Source: Obrimoposthia wandeli (Eukaryota). Taken from it: a stretch of DNA of 64,000 nucleotides. This document shows positions 48,623 through 61,256 of this stretch, piece after piece (positions within the stretch are counted from its first letter, which is position 1; each line of letters opens with the position of its first letter). The notes under the pieces were generated by a model. That model was not told the DNA's origin and ran no database searches. It worked only from the letters and a program-made list of their open reading frames with translations. A program made the translations under genes and the position numbers. The stretch is from assembly GCA_977020255.1 (NCBI GenBank), contig CDROCS010005173.1, positions 124,001-188,000 on the forward strand, given 5' to 3'.

Positions 48623-51600
48623 TTCCCCTTCGCGATTCAAATTTACTATTCGATTCTCCTGGGAAGTATTCCTCTTGAAAACTGAATTGATACCTGCCGT
48701 AGACTCAAGAATTCTATTATTATATATTGGCTTTCACACTGGTCACTATTATTGCTTCTTTTAATTGGGTCCCATTTAACAAGCACCTTTTCATTTACTT
48801 CAATTATCCTTTCCACTCTTCTTTTATTGTCTACTTCTTTAACTTTTCAATTGCGATTTGTTGGTTCTTCCTTACGTCTTGAATGATATTTTCTTTATTG
48901 TTTGTTGTTGCATTTGATGCTTGAATTGTTATTTTTCTTCCATAAATTACTCAAACGGTGAATGTTTTGAAGAACTATTTACCGTTGCATTTATAGCAAA
49001 TTTAATTGTGGGAATAAATCGTGCCAACATTTTCCTGTTTTACTATACGTTATTGTCGTTACAATCATAATTCTTACCATGCGTATAACTCTTTCTGCTA
49101 TACTGTTAGCTAAGTGTTGATAAGGTGCTGTAAGCTCCTGTTCAATACCAAATTTTCGTAGCCAATTCTAAAAATAATTTACGGTAAATATTCGTCCTCT
49201 ATCTGTTAAAATACTCTTAGGTTTTCCAAATTTATATATCCAATTTGTCTCAGGGGCTTTAGTAATTGTTATTTCATCTTCTTTTGAGGTTGCTGACAGT
49301 GATACCAGTTTACTAAATCGATCGATTACTATAAACACATATTTCTTTTTAGATCTTCCTTCATGCGGGCTATATCGACAACAATTTGATCGAAAAAATT
49401 TCTTTGATTATAGAAATTTTTTATTTTTTTGTTCGCATGTTTCAATTTTTTTTGGCACAGTAAACGCACTTTAATATACATTCTTTTATTTCTTGAAATA
49501 TTCCTTTTAAATTGAAGTTATCTTTCATATAGTGATATACTTTTTGTATTCCTAGGTGACAAAGATATTTCTGAATTTCATTAATAATTTCATTAGCGTT
49601 TTTCGGAGGTATGACAATTAAATCTGCAAAGTTTTGTTCAAAATAAAGGATATTATCACAGAGTTTAAGTTTCTTTCTGATCTGATAAATCCAACTTATT
49701 TTGCATTCTTCTGATAAATCCTTACTTTCCAGTTGTAGGAAAACTTCATTTCTTTCACATGAATATTTTCTTGTTATATTTTCCTTATCTTACTCAAAAC
49801 GTTGTTGTCATTTACTGAGTTAATATTCGTATTTTAAATCTCTTCTCTTGTGCGTACATATGTTTAGTTTCACACTAAGGATATACTGATTCCTTTAATC
49901 TTTATATACCATTGACATTACCATGGTCAATACCTTTACGATGTTCTAACTTAAAATAAAATTATGATAAATTTGCCAGCCATGTTTCAAATTGAGGAGT
50001 GATTGGTTTTTTCGTCGTTCTTAAAAATATTAATCCTTTATGATCTGTTTTTGTCAAAAATTCTGTTCCTTATAAATACTCTTGAAATGCATAATAAAAT
50101 CGTATACTGCTAAAAGTTCTTTTCTGGTAACACAATATCCTGTGTCATGAGAAGTCAAATGTCTTAAAGCGTATGCAATTACTTTTTCGTTTCTTATTTC
50201 ATCCAGTTGGCTCAATACTGCCCCAATCAAACGAAAGTTTGCGTCTGTATCAATTATAAATTTGAACAACAAACCATCCAATATTTTATGCATCAAACTT
50301 TGAAATATTGCCGGTGCTGTAGCCAACCCAAATGATATGCAATTGAAACAAAATTTTCCTAATTTTCTACTGAAAGCCGTTTTTGCTTGAGACTCCTTCT
50401 CTAGATCTATCTCATAATAAGCTTGTCCAATATCTAATGTAGCATCACCTAGACAATTGAACAATAGTTGTGCATCCGGCATGGGAAATGTAAACTTCTT
50501 GGTTACAGCATTCAATTGTCTGTATTCGACACACATTCGAATTGTATTGTCTGGCTTCTTCACAATGACTAATGGCGAGTTCCAAGGATTTTCACAACTC
50601 CTAAATATCTTTACATTGAGTAAATTTTTAATCATTTCATCGAATTGGTTTTCTAAATTAATCGATTATCGTCTAGGATTTTGACAAATTGGATTGACAA
50701 TAGTCTCAATCTTATGAGAGACAATTTTGGTATATCCTAGATAAAATTTAGAACACATAAATCTTTTCCCAAATTCCTCAATATAATGTCCTAGAATTGA
50801 GTCTCTATCGCATTTTAAAGAATTAGATATTTTATCAGTTCTTTCTTTCGAAGAAAACCTTTTCATCATGCAATACGAGTCCAAATTACATGCGTCCTGT
50901 AGCTTTATCCCAAATGTTTTCATTGTATCGATTCCATCAATAAATTCTGGTTTAATTTATTCTACAAAGATCGTTTCCAAAACTTTCTCCTGTTCATTCC
51001 ATAACGCTTTAGTATTAAACCTACCTAAAGGCTGTTGATGATTATTTGAAAAAATTTCACTCAGATATAAATTACTCTCTCTCATTTTGTGACATCCTAC
51101 TTTCTTCCAACAATCCTTACTCATTGCAGTAACTGATGCCCTAGAGTCCTACAGCATTTCCACATCTACATCATTAATCTTCATTATACTCCATTCACGA
51201 CCATCATTCTTCATATACATCTTTTCATTCCGCTTTGCTTCTATATGCTCAATCCCACCAACAAAATGTGAGCAATGGAATCGCTCACATTTCCCTGATT
51301 AACATCATATATTATCATGTCGTCATTATTACAATCTTATAAATCTTGATTATTTTCTTCCACTTCTTCTGTTATACAAAGTACTGTTGAAGTTTGATGC
51401 GGGTTCATTAAAATATAGCAGCTGTTGAAATTATGACCTTTTTTTCTGCAAATCAAACATTGGGATTGAGAGGACATTGATTTCGAAAATGACCTTTTTC
51501 ACCACAACAAAATCATGCTCCTGGCTGAAGATCTTCACTTTTTGTGACAAGGAGTCCCTTAGCTAAGTTATATTTTCTTTTAGCTATTTGTTTTAAGGAA

Positions 51601-52364
51601 AACCTTGGCATTGGTTTGCTATTATTTTGATTTTGGGTGTCTCTATTTATGTATCTTTTTTCTTCATTAACATAATTTCTTTGTTCCTGATGTACTGATA
51701 CTGGTACTGATACTGGTTTATTTGTATTGTTTGAGAAATGACGGTTGTCAGGACGGTTGAATTCTCTTTTTACTGTATTTGCAAACGTATTATGAATTTG
51801 TGTAATCCCAGTATTATTTTACTCGATTTCGCTGTACACCTTTGCCAACGCCTATATTTCTTCTTATGGGATCTTTGGTTTTAATAAGAATTGTTCCTTC
51901 AGTTTTCCACTTTTACTCTATCTTGTATGAAAACGTCAGTCAGCTCTTCTTGGATAACATTATTTCCCATTATAATCTCAACTAGTTTTTTTCACTCTAA
52001 TGCTGAACGCTGAGAAACGCTCGCCTTCTACTTGATTCACCTTTGCAAGTTCGCAAACTTTGTCAACTATGGATTTCCTTTCTAGGAAATTTTCTTCAAA
52101 CCATTTTTTGACTTCGATATTTTAATTTAACCTTTCACTGGCATCTTTCCATAAACAGCAACTCAAATGCATCCCCAATATTAATCTGATTTGCGTCAGC
52201 CCATTCTCCCATATACTTTAACTATTGTTAACCTTCCTTTGAACTCATTCCATCGTATTTTTTTATGTTATACTGGAACATCATTATTTGCTCTTTAGCA
52301 TAGTCTCGAGGATATTCTTCTTTGATTGACTTATCGTCAGTACATTTATTTCGGCTTTGTCACC

Positions 52365-52470
52365 AGTTATGTTTTCTATCGTAGACATAATTCAAGACTT
52401 AGATTTCACAACACAATTTATATTCTGAATATTAAATATCAGTTTTTAAACAAATTATTGAAAGTAAGAT
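52365..52470 (-). repeat. 5' LTR of gypsy element, interrupted by the Polinton TIR
   Basis: Matches 48492-48597 with 9 substitutions in 106 bp, then switches abruptly to AGTAGGTGG at 52471. Confidence 0.88.
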
Positions 52471-53020
52471 AGTAGGTGGATATGTCCGGTCTAATCCTTC
52501 CCCTCCCTATTCCCCGTGCATGTGTATGGAGTAAAATTTCATGCATGTGTGTGTGAAGTGAAATTTCATGCCTGTGGAGTGAATTTTTTTCTATCTCTCC
52601 CTATCTCCTAAAACACCCTAAAAACAAATAACCCCATTTAACACCCTCTAAAATTGAAACTCTCATAGTGGTCCAAAAAAGTGAGGAAGTGCTTGAAAGG
52701 CCATCTAATAGCCAACGCGTGCCCTTCGGGCCCGCGGTGGCCTGATGAGCAATACATATATACAGGGTCACGAAAAAACATTCACGCCCTGAGAACGCGA
52801 AAAACCTTTCCTTATAAGTATTTATATCCAGATAAACTCAAAAGGCTAGTTTTTCTTACATTATACCCTCCAAATATGCACAGTCAAAAAATATTACTAT
52901 TTTAAATCCAATGACATACATGTATTCAATCATCATCAAAAAACTAAAGAAAATACTATAAATTTTCAAATTAATGATTTGAATAATACGTACTAAAGTT
53001 ACGTACTTAACTTTGGCAGT

Positions 53021-53953
53021 AACTGGAAGATACATTGGTTGATCTATACACATACCGACAGCGTCCCCATCTCTAGTTTCATTTTTAGATATCCATATTG
53101 TTCTCAAAAGTGGAACTCGCTGTCCTCCTACAAGCGTTGGTTCTATTAAATTAGTATAAATATATAAATGATTAACAGCATTTAAAAGTTTTGCCTTATT
53201 TTTAGCTTTTATGGTTTTTATTGTATGGGTTTCAAAGGTATTACTGTTTAAACCAAGGTTTTTAGCGAGTTTATCATCAAATAAAACTCGTATTATATTT
53301 TGCTCATTACTGTAAACGTTATTTTACCATTTTTTAATGTTACACATTTATCAAAATAATCACTACATTCCTTCTGTATTAATTTACAGAAATTCACTTC
53401 ACTATCTATTTTATAATCTTTTGAAAACATTTTCAGTTCCACTACATACTTTGGTTTCGTTTCAACTAAAAACACTCTTGTTACTCTATCAGGAACATTT
53501 TTAAACGATTTAGATGAGGCTATATCAGATCTCTTCTTACCTACTACATGTCCACTGTCAAAACCGAATTGAAGAGCTTCTCTATCAGATCCAAATTTAA
53601 TTTGAATAGGTTTTAAAAAAAGTTTTAATCTATTTTTAAATATGACTTAGTTTTTTTCATATATTACTTTCACTTTTTTATCTATACAATTGTAATAGAA
53701 TTTTCCTTTACTATCAAACCCGATCATAACTTCAATTGATTTTTCATGATCAACTTCTTTTGTAAAATAAATATGTGAATTTTTTCTGATAGTAATTGGA
53801 GAATAATAAAAGGACAATTCTGTTAAAGCCGCTTCCCATTCTCCTTGGAGATTTATAGGATTTTCCCAATCGATAATAAAGCTACTAGCGTAATTATCTG
53901 GTTGAGTCTTAAGACATTCTGTTACTAGGTAAAACCATATACATAGACTTCAT
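53021..53953 (-). pseudogene. Minor capsid gene remnant (copy 2)
   Basis: Homologous to 35416-36338; frame broken; truncated at the deletion junction. Confidence 0.8.
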
Positions 53954-55032
53954 ATTATATTAGAAGCTGATATCCAAGTTGGATCTGAATAACCATGCCA
54001 TTTAACATAGTATTGTTTATGTTTACCGGCACCCTTAGATTTTAATATTTTTTGAATACGGAAAACGCTAGGTTTATTTGATATTACTTGTAGTTCTTGC
54101 TCGTAAAATTTACCGTGAACGATATTATTGTCAGCATTTTTAATAGTATACATTATTGGATTACTCTTTTGATCAATTTTACTTATACAAAATATTTCAT
54201 CGCTCCAATTCTGATCAAAGTTTTTAATAAATGGAGTAGAGCTAATTTTCGAAATTCGGACATAATTGTTTTTCTTATATTTAGCTTTTTTAATATTTTC
54301 TTTTTTATTCCTGTTCATCCAAATATCTATAGAATTTTTATTAGTTACATCAACAGGTCTCATTCCCATTAGACCTCTATGTTCCGAGTGATTATAGGCA
54401 TGTATTATTTTAGGTAAAACTTGGATCCCTTTTTTATTTCCTTCTTTTGTGAAATACGTTTTTATTCGATCTCTTAAAGTAAGATTAAATCTTTCTTCTA
54501 CTTCTGCTTTATACTGTGAAAACACAGAGTAGTGATTTATATTATTTTGTTTAAATAAAGATTGAACTTGCTTATTATAAAATTCTTTTCCTAAATCAGT
54601 TTTCACATTTTGTGGAATGTCCTCTTTTAATATTTCTTTAATGGCTTCAAGCATAGCTATTGAAGACTTTGCTTTAACTGGAATTGCACGAGCAAACCTG
54701 CTAAACACATCAATACATGTTAAATTATATCGATATCCCTTATTAATGGAAGAATATGGGATCATCTCCATCAAATCCATTTGCCATAAATTATTAGGAC
54801 CGCTGGTTTTGTAAGCTCTAGTTGGAAACCTTCTTCTCATCTGCTTGTTCAGACTGTAGGCTAACTGGTTGCTCAGCCATTTCTGCGTTTTCTTGTATTT
54901 TTGTTTTGTTCTTTTTGCTAATTTTGAAACTCCGGTGTAGCCAATTGGATCTTTTGGGTTGAACCATATCTTCTCCATTACAACAATTTGAATAGAAAGA
55001 TAATTTAAATTTAGATAAAGAAGTGTTAGCAC
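53950..55032 (-). CDS. int: Integrase with chromodomain (copy 2), intact ORF
   Basis: Near-identical to 36335-37417; catalytic D, D and E retained (WQMDL, VKTD, ERFN). Confidence 0.93.
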   Translation of the reverse strand: MLTLLYLNLNYLSIQIVVMEKIWFNPKDPIGYTGVSKLAKRTKQKYKKTQKWLSNQLAYSLNKQMRRRFPTRAYKTSGPNNLWQMDLMEMIPYSSINKGYRYNLTCIDVFSRFARAIPVKAKSSIAMLEAIKEILKEDIPQNVKTDLGKEFYNKQVQSLFKQNNINHYSVFSQYKAEVEERFNLTLRDRIKTYFTKEGNKKGIQVLPKIIHAYNHSEHRGLMGMRPVDVTNKNSIDIWMNRNKKENIKKAKYKKNNYVRISKISSTPFIKNFDQNWSDEIFCISKIDQKSNPIMYTIKNADNNIVHGKFYEQELQVISNKPSVFRIQKILKSKGAGKHKQYYVKWHGYSDPTWISASNII

Positions 55033-55036
55033 CCAT
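54818..55036 (-). CDS. Overprinted MGxxxS ORF (copy 2)
   Basis: 72 aa, MGANTS...NCCN. Confidence 0.42.
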   Translation of the reverse strand: MGANTSLSKFKLSFYSNCCNGEDMVQPKRSNWLHRSFKISKKNKTKIQENAEMAEQPVSLQSEQADEKKVSN

Positions 55037-55064
55037 ATCTTGAACTGATTTTATAAATAATTGT

Positions 55065-55394
55065 TTATGAACGTGTCACAGCTATAATACTACTGATAAT
55101 TGAAGCAACAACTGGAATAACAGCCCCTATGAAACCACCATTCTGTTTAAGAATTATATTTCGTTTCCTTATTTTACTTTTTACATTAGCAATATCTAGA
55201 AGAGTTTTTCTATATTTCTTTAATATATTTTTCCGATTTCCAACTTTTACTCGACCCAAAACTATATTATACAAAACTTCCATAAATCATCTACAACAAA
55301 AGATGGAAATGCTTTAAGAATAATCATACTCTTATGATTAGAGGCTTTAACTAAAGCTTTAAAATAGGGTATGCTTTTTTTGTATTTTCTTCAT
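55065..55394 (-). pseudogene. Small GG-F structural ORF (copy 2, frameshifted)
   Basis: Homologous to 37450-37778. Confidence 0.65.
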
Positions 55395-55573
55395 TTTAAT
55401 AAAAAAGGTTCAATTTAAATATTGTTTATATTCGAAGCCATTTAAGTTTTTTTTTATTTTTAACTACAGATTTGATTAATATTTTCACTTCTTTTTTCTT
55501 AATGATTGTCTTTTTTGATTTCTTAGATTTTACTTTACGTTTTACTATCAACTTTGTAAAAGGCATTGCGAAT

Positions 55574-56221
55574 TTATTTTTTATAATTGTTCTCTATTTG
55601 TTTATAAACAGTTACTCCCTTAGAATTAAATATGTCTGTTAAAACACGTAAATCATCTGGGCAAGCTTGTGTAAAGTCAATAAATATATACCCATGTGCT
55701 TGTTTAGCAGCATCGTGGAATGAATCAACTAAAAAGTTCTTATTTTGGGGAAATGCCTGTCTGGCCACAAAATCAACAACTGTTTGATCTCTAGGATTTT
55801 TAAATAAAACAAAGTAATGCACATTAAGATTTCTAGTTCTATGGTGACCTCTTTGGTGAAAAAGATTTTGAGTGATAAATATAACTGTTACTTCACGATT
55901 TCTTGCAATCTTCGTAAATAAATTATTAAAGTCTGATTCCTTGTTAGCTTCCTGATACAAATCATCAATTATTATTACATCTTCTTTTTTCAATCTTTCA
56001 CACCAATTTGCATCAAATCCTTCAATAAATTGTATTCCCTTCAACTTGCAAACTTCTGTTTTGGTTAACCCGCTTTCCCCTCCTCCACCATGATGCCAAT
56101 AAATATTTTTGAAACTAGATTTGAAAAGAGATTCATTTTACAACAATTTACATACGAAATGTGTCTTTCCACTTCCACTGGGACCAACTATTTGAAATAC
56201 AGCATTATTATTTAGCTCCAT
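55574..56221 (-). pseudogene. Packaging ATPase (copy 2) with CAA to TAA nonsense at 56138-56140
   Basis: Same 648-nt span as copy 1, with one in-frame stop after Walker A. Confidence 0.88.
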
Positions 56222-56259
56222 TGCATATACTCTTTCATTTTTTAATATTGTTTATATTA

Positions 56260-56541
56260 TCATAGAAGTTTCCTTATTGAAATGTACAATGTTAGAGCTA
56301 TTGTAGATGAAATACAAAAATTAATTAATGAATATTTGGCTATAATTTTATTTATTTGTGTACGATTTCTAAATTCTCGAATAACGTGTGATCTAACCAA
56401 TATTTCAATGTTATCTCTTGTTATATCATTATTTTCTAATTTTGATAAAATTTCTTTACCCATAATTTTTCCAGAAAATATTTCGTCGGCAAGCCGATCC
56501 ACTTCATTGTCTCTATTTATAGTATTATTCATTTGAAACAA
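56260..56541 (-). CDS. Small unknown Polinton protein (93 aa) with hydrophobic C-terminus
   Basis: Intact ORF with a disrupted homolog in copy 1. Confidence 0.5.
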   Translation of the reverse strand: MFQMNNTINRDNEVDRLADEIFSGKIMGKEILSKLENNDITRDNIEILVRSHVIREFRNRTQINKIIAKYSLINFCISSTIALTLYISIRKLL

Positions 56542-56560
56542 TAAGTTTAAACGGGTTTGT

Positions 56561-57061
56561 TTATAGAAAAGATAACAAGATGTAATAAGATATATTTTCT
56601 AAAATCAAATCAACAATGTCTGGATAATCAAAAATTTTCAATCCCAATATCATAACTTTACCATTGGAAAATATATTTACACATAGCGGTTTAAACTTCA
56701 AATAACTGAGAGCCGGAAAGATTTCTGGTTCAAACATGCATTCTTCTTTCATTTTCTCTGCAGTTTTAAAAAGATTTATCTGTTTCCCAAGATTAGCCGA
56801 AATCGTGATTGATTGTATTGCAGTGATTCGAATTCCAAATGGTAAATTGAACCCAAGTATTGGTATTTTGTATCCCATAACACGACAATTTCCTAAAAGA
56901 ATTCAATATGAAAATAAAATAAAAAACTAACCTGTAGGAAAAATAACAACTGTGAAATTGTCAAACCTTTCTACATATTGTCTCGGCTTCCATTCATTGA
57001 ATGGTAAGTACGAAACATCATCTTCTGTTTTACCTTTATAATTTATATTTACGAGTTTCAT
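56561..57061 (-). CDS. TBP-fold protein (copy 2), 153 aa after splicing, intact
   Basis: Exon 1 57061-56932, 39-nt intron 56931-56893, exon 2 56892-56561; both TBP-like repeats present. Confidence 0.87.
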
Positions 57062-57310
57062 TAGACTAAAATTGTATTCTATAAAATCTTCTTTATATAT
57101 GTCTGAACCTGCTTTTTTATTGCACGTTTCTTGTAATTATCTTGCAAACCTATTATAATTGGATGATATATTTCTTCCAATCAAATTTGATTTTTAATAT
57201 GGATTTAGTCCAATCAAATTCATTGCTTTAGTTATATTAACCAATGAGATTCATGTCTTTGTTAGAAATTAGTATAAAAGAATGCGTCATTGGAGGACAA
57301 ATCATAGTAA

Positions 57311-57792
57311 ATGCATTCATATCAAAGACAATTATCAACGATGGATGATAGCCAACGGGTATTAAGCAATGAGGAAGATATATAAATGTTTGAAGAATCG
57401 GATAAGGATATGTATGAAGAAGTGAAACAATATTTCAAATACAAAGTCAGATTCTTGAAGAAGGCTCAACTGATTGCTTTAGTAAATCCTGTGACAATTG
57501 AAAGAAGAAAGTTTAGCTACTATCTCTCAAATATCCAAAAACCAGATTTTCAATATCTTAAACAGAAAATTGAAAAGGCAGTTCCGAATTTTACTTTCAA
57601 TAAGAACGAATTTTATATCTGAGGACCAGATGAAGCATTTCTAGATGACTATGGAAGATATGTTGATATTGATGCGTTTCCGAAAAAGAAGCAATGGACT
57701 GTAACAATTCGACTTTATGGTTACAAGAAAGACGAAATGGGAAGAAAGTTGCCTATGTGGAAAATTGAACGTGCTCATATTTCTATGTTTTA
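57311..57792 (+). pseudogene. Protein A (copy 2), disrupted
   Basis: CGA to TGA at 57620 and a 5' indel; tail WTVTIRLYGYKKDEMGRKLPMWKIE. Confidence 0.6.
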
Positions 57793-57928
57793 ACTTTTGC
57801 GTGTAATAAATTGTAATCGGTTTTACTATGTTTCTTTCATTTAATAATCAGTTTTATTTTTTAAATATTTGTATCTTATATGTATTTTTTTATAAACATA
57901 GTTTTTTAATCAGTTTCCTTATTTTAGA

Positions 57929-58333
57929 ATGAATAAGAGATGTGTAGCAAATTTTTATTATCTAGAAAGAATTTCAAAAGGAAAACTATGTAATATATTA
58001 AAGAGGCATCAAATTATACGAGTTATGAATCCTGTGAAAATATCAAAAGTGGAGAATAAATATCTCAACGAAATTTTAACAACATCTGATTTTGATCAAT
58101 TGAAAAATATTTTGGGATTTTACATTCCTGATTATGTATATGAAGGAAATTGTTTCCAGCTTGAAACTGATCCCAGTCTGGATTTTAAAGATGAGCTAGG
58201 ATATTTGATTGCTCTAATTCTAGATGAAGAACTATGGAATATCTCAATACGTCTCAATGGATATTTTTGTGATGACGGGAAAATGCAGCCTCTTTGGACT
58301 TTGAGTGAAGCCAATATGTTGTTTTATGTTTAA
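57929..58333 (+). CDS. Protein B (copy 2), intact 134 aa
   Basis: Homologous to 40334-40738. Confidence 0.65.
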   Translation: MNKRCVANFYYLERISKGKLCNILKRHQIIRVMNPVKISKVENKYLNEILTTSDFDQLKNILGFYIPDYVYEGNCFQLETDPSLDFKDELGYLIALILDEELWNISIRLNGYFCDDGKMQPLWTLSEANMLFYV

Positions 58334-58464
58334 TAAATGTTTTGAAAAATAATTTTGACTCGTATTTTGTTTTTTCTCCTCTAAATTATATAGATCTGAC
58401 CGATTTTATATCCTATAAATTCTAAAAATGACATAGATATTTAACATGTCAGGATATTTGATCA

Positions 58465-58760
58465 TCACTTTCATCCATCACCCGTCGACTTTCATCCAAC
58501 ACCCGTTGAATTTCACCCATCACCCGTCGACTTTCACCCATCACCCAACGACTTTCACCCATCACCCATCGACTTTCACCCATCACCCATCGACTTTCAC
58601 CCATCACCCATCGACTTTCACCCATCACCCAAGGAAGTCTATGATATACACGAGTCCCGAGACTTTCGCCCATCACCCAAGGAAGTCTGTGATATACATC
58701 AGTCCGAGACATTCGCCCATCACCCAAGGTAGTCTGTGATATACACGAGTCCCGAGCCTT
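58465..58760. repeat. Subterminal tandem arrays of copy 2 (21-bp units, then 47-48-bp units x3)
   Basis: TTCACCCATCACCC(G/A)TCGACT x~8; CCCATCACCCAAGG units at 58621, 58669 and 58716. Confidence 0.88.
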
Positions 58761-60769
58761 TCGAGTCGAAAGGCGCAAAAAATGTTTGTGGGACCCCCCT
58801 TGTCCTTTAAAACCGTGTATGTGCGTGGAGTGAAATTTCACTCCACACACATGCATGGTTTTAAAGGATAAGGGGGGAGGGGCTGTGGATTAGACCGGAC
58901 ACATCCACCTACTCGCAAATGACCACAAATATTTGAGATCCGTTTTGATAGACTGTTGATTTTTCAGGGTCAATATTGGGGCATTCACAAAGTCCAGGAA
59001 TGCTCTGTGGATTCTATTTTCCATTTCGATGTTTTTTGATCAATAAAAAAGGCCTTTCTCGCGATTGTCGAGAAAATTTGATATTTATCTTTGACTCATT
59101 CGATGTAAACATCAGTTGGGTCATGTAAGTGCCATTTTCAAATAGAAAGTCCTTATTTAGTTCTAAGGAGACCTTCTCCAAAATTTCGTGTTGCTTTCTT
59201 AAAAAAAGTGTAAAGAATCCGACTTTGACGTCTGCTCTGTCAAGAGTTACGATAAAATCTTCTTTCAGAAAGTGCTGCTTCTTTTAATCGACATGGCCGA
59301 TAACCTCCACAAAAATCAGGAAAACTGTGACCAATAAATATAAATATTTATTCATGGTTAAAATGGTACATAATTCGTGGTCATCATCTTTTATAGCAGT
59401 GACAATATCGATCTTTGTACACTTCTAAAACATGGTGGAATTTTTTGAGGGCTAAATTTTGGTGATAAAATTACATACCCTCAAACCACTTGACATCAGA
59501 TTCATTGAAAACAATACATTGTACTCAATTCACTTATGGTAAAATTTAACTGATAATACACATACACAAATCTCGAATTGTACTTCAATTCAGAAAAACA
59601 AAATTGTTTATGTCAATTTACATGTGTTTATTTATTTTCACCTAATCGTGTATTTTAAGTATCAATTTACAAGTACGATCTTTGACAAATGATAAAATTG
59701 TCAAACAACTTTCTAAACTTTTGGCACTTCATTTTTGTATGATTTCGGTTTTAATCTTCCTTTCAAATAAATGCATAACATATTATAAGTACTAAAGTAT
59801 TTTAAGTATAATTAATCAATATTTTTGAGCATCATCGTTTTTCGAAATTTAGAATCGCCTCGACTTTATATATTATAAAGTTGTCCGCAAACATTTACCA
59901 GCTTAATTAATATTGTTTGATCCACAACTGATCACCTCCTTCAAAAATAGTTTATAAAATTTGCTTTTATTTATTATAAGGAAACCCTGTATTAAATACA
60001 TTTATGACGCATACAAATAGAAAATGGTAACCGAGAAAATAGTAAATAAAATCTTAAGATTCATTATTTTTATTAGTCCATCTCAGTTTGATGGGTGGAT
60101 CAAATAGAGTTTGAAAGTATTTTGAAATTTGGACTGAAATTTGTAACAAATGTTTTGGTCAGCTTATATGATTATAAACGTAGCAGAAAATGTACTATTT
60201 GTGTTTGTGCTTTTATAATATGGTCACATTAATTGTAAATTCAATAATTTGTTAAATATGTATACAATTATTTGTACAATAAGTCATTCTTGGACAATCC
60301 AAATAACACTATAATGATTCAATAGGTTGTAATTTTTTAAGTAATTGTAATTTCGGGCAATTGAAATAAAATTTACAAGATAAATGGACTTAGTGTTGGG
60401 AATTAAAATATTACAATTTAAATTTAAATCAATTTATCGAAGTGCCCACAGTCGAACAGCAATTTTTGTCCGTGATATCCAGGTTTTATCTTGTGCTTCG
60501 CAGTAAGAAAATTTCCGCGAAGTAGAAGATAACACAGAAGAAATGACTGCATCCTCTATTGATTTTTCTGCCTATCCAATTTTAAGTGCACCACATACAC
60601 ACACATGTTATTTTATTGCTTCTATCTGTGTAGTGGTGCCGATTTACGTGTGTGTCTGCAAATTTATGTAATGTCACTTATGATAGAAAAATGAATATAA
60701 AATTGTTGGACATAGAGAGATTTGATATAATATCTAAAACTACTTTTTTGAATTGCTACAGAAAAGAAG

Positions 60770-61080
60770 AATTATTACTGACCATATTTATTACTGTTAT
60801 TACAGAAAACAGAGAATATTACTGACCATATTTATTACTGTTATTACAGAATACAGAAATTATTACAGACCATATTTATTACAGAATACAGAAATTATTG
60901 CCGACCATAATTATTACGGTTATTACAGAAAATCAAAATTATTGCTGACCATTGTTATTGCATTTACTGATTAAAACAGAATTTTAACTGATCATTATTT
61001 TATTGTTATTACTGAAAATATAATTTTGTTGATTTTTATTTGTTGCTGTTATTACTGAAAACAAAAATTATTGCTAATGA
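60770..61080. repeat. Degenerate AT-rich minisatellite (TTATTACTGACCATAT / TTATTACAGAA units)
   Basis: Tandem degenerate units seen directly. Confidence 0.7.
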
Positions 61081-61256
61081 ATTAGTTGGAAATAATAATC
61101 AAAAATAACAATTAAATAATATAAAATTAGTCAGAAAAATCAAATTGTTGATTATTTTTAATGTATTTGAGCAAAGGCTTGATTGATTTTCTTGGAAGAA
61201 TATTGAGTAAGCCAATACCATGGCATATGTCAGTAGATGTAAAGATCACGAAAGAT

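Larger units (their letters stand above)
48492..52470 (-). mobile_element. Decayed Ty3/gypsy LTR retrotransposon
   Basis: 131-bp LTR 48492-48622 (AGTTATGT...ACATAACT) with PPT AAGGGGAA; truncated second LTR 52365-52470 with PBS-like TGGTGACAAAG. Remnants in gypsy order: protease (ML*DSRASV), RT (PWNSPLVIVKKPDNTIRMCVEYRQLN), RNase H (IIDTDA..IGAVLSQ, TRKELLAV), integrase (HLGIQK, ILTDRG, NSIAER). Confidence 0.9.
52471..58913. mobile_element. Polinton copy 2: 6.4-kb internal-deletion derivative with both termini
   Basis: Starts AGTAGGTGGATATGTCCGG and ends CCGGACACATCCACCTACT. 53021-58448 is collinear with 35416-40850 of copy 1. Lacks pPolB, protease and major capsid genes. Confidence 0.92.

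Noticed and set aside
58449-58856. ORFs with HHPSTFT / VMGESRW repeats
   Set aside because: Translations of the 21-bp subterminal tandem array; absent from copy 1.
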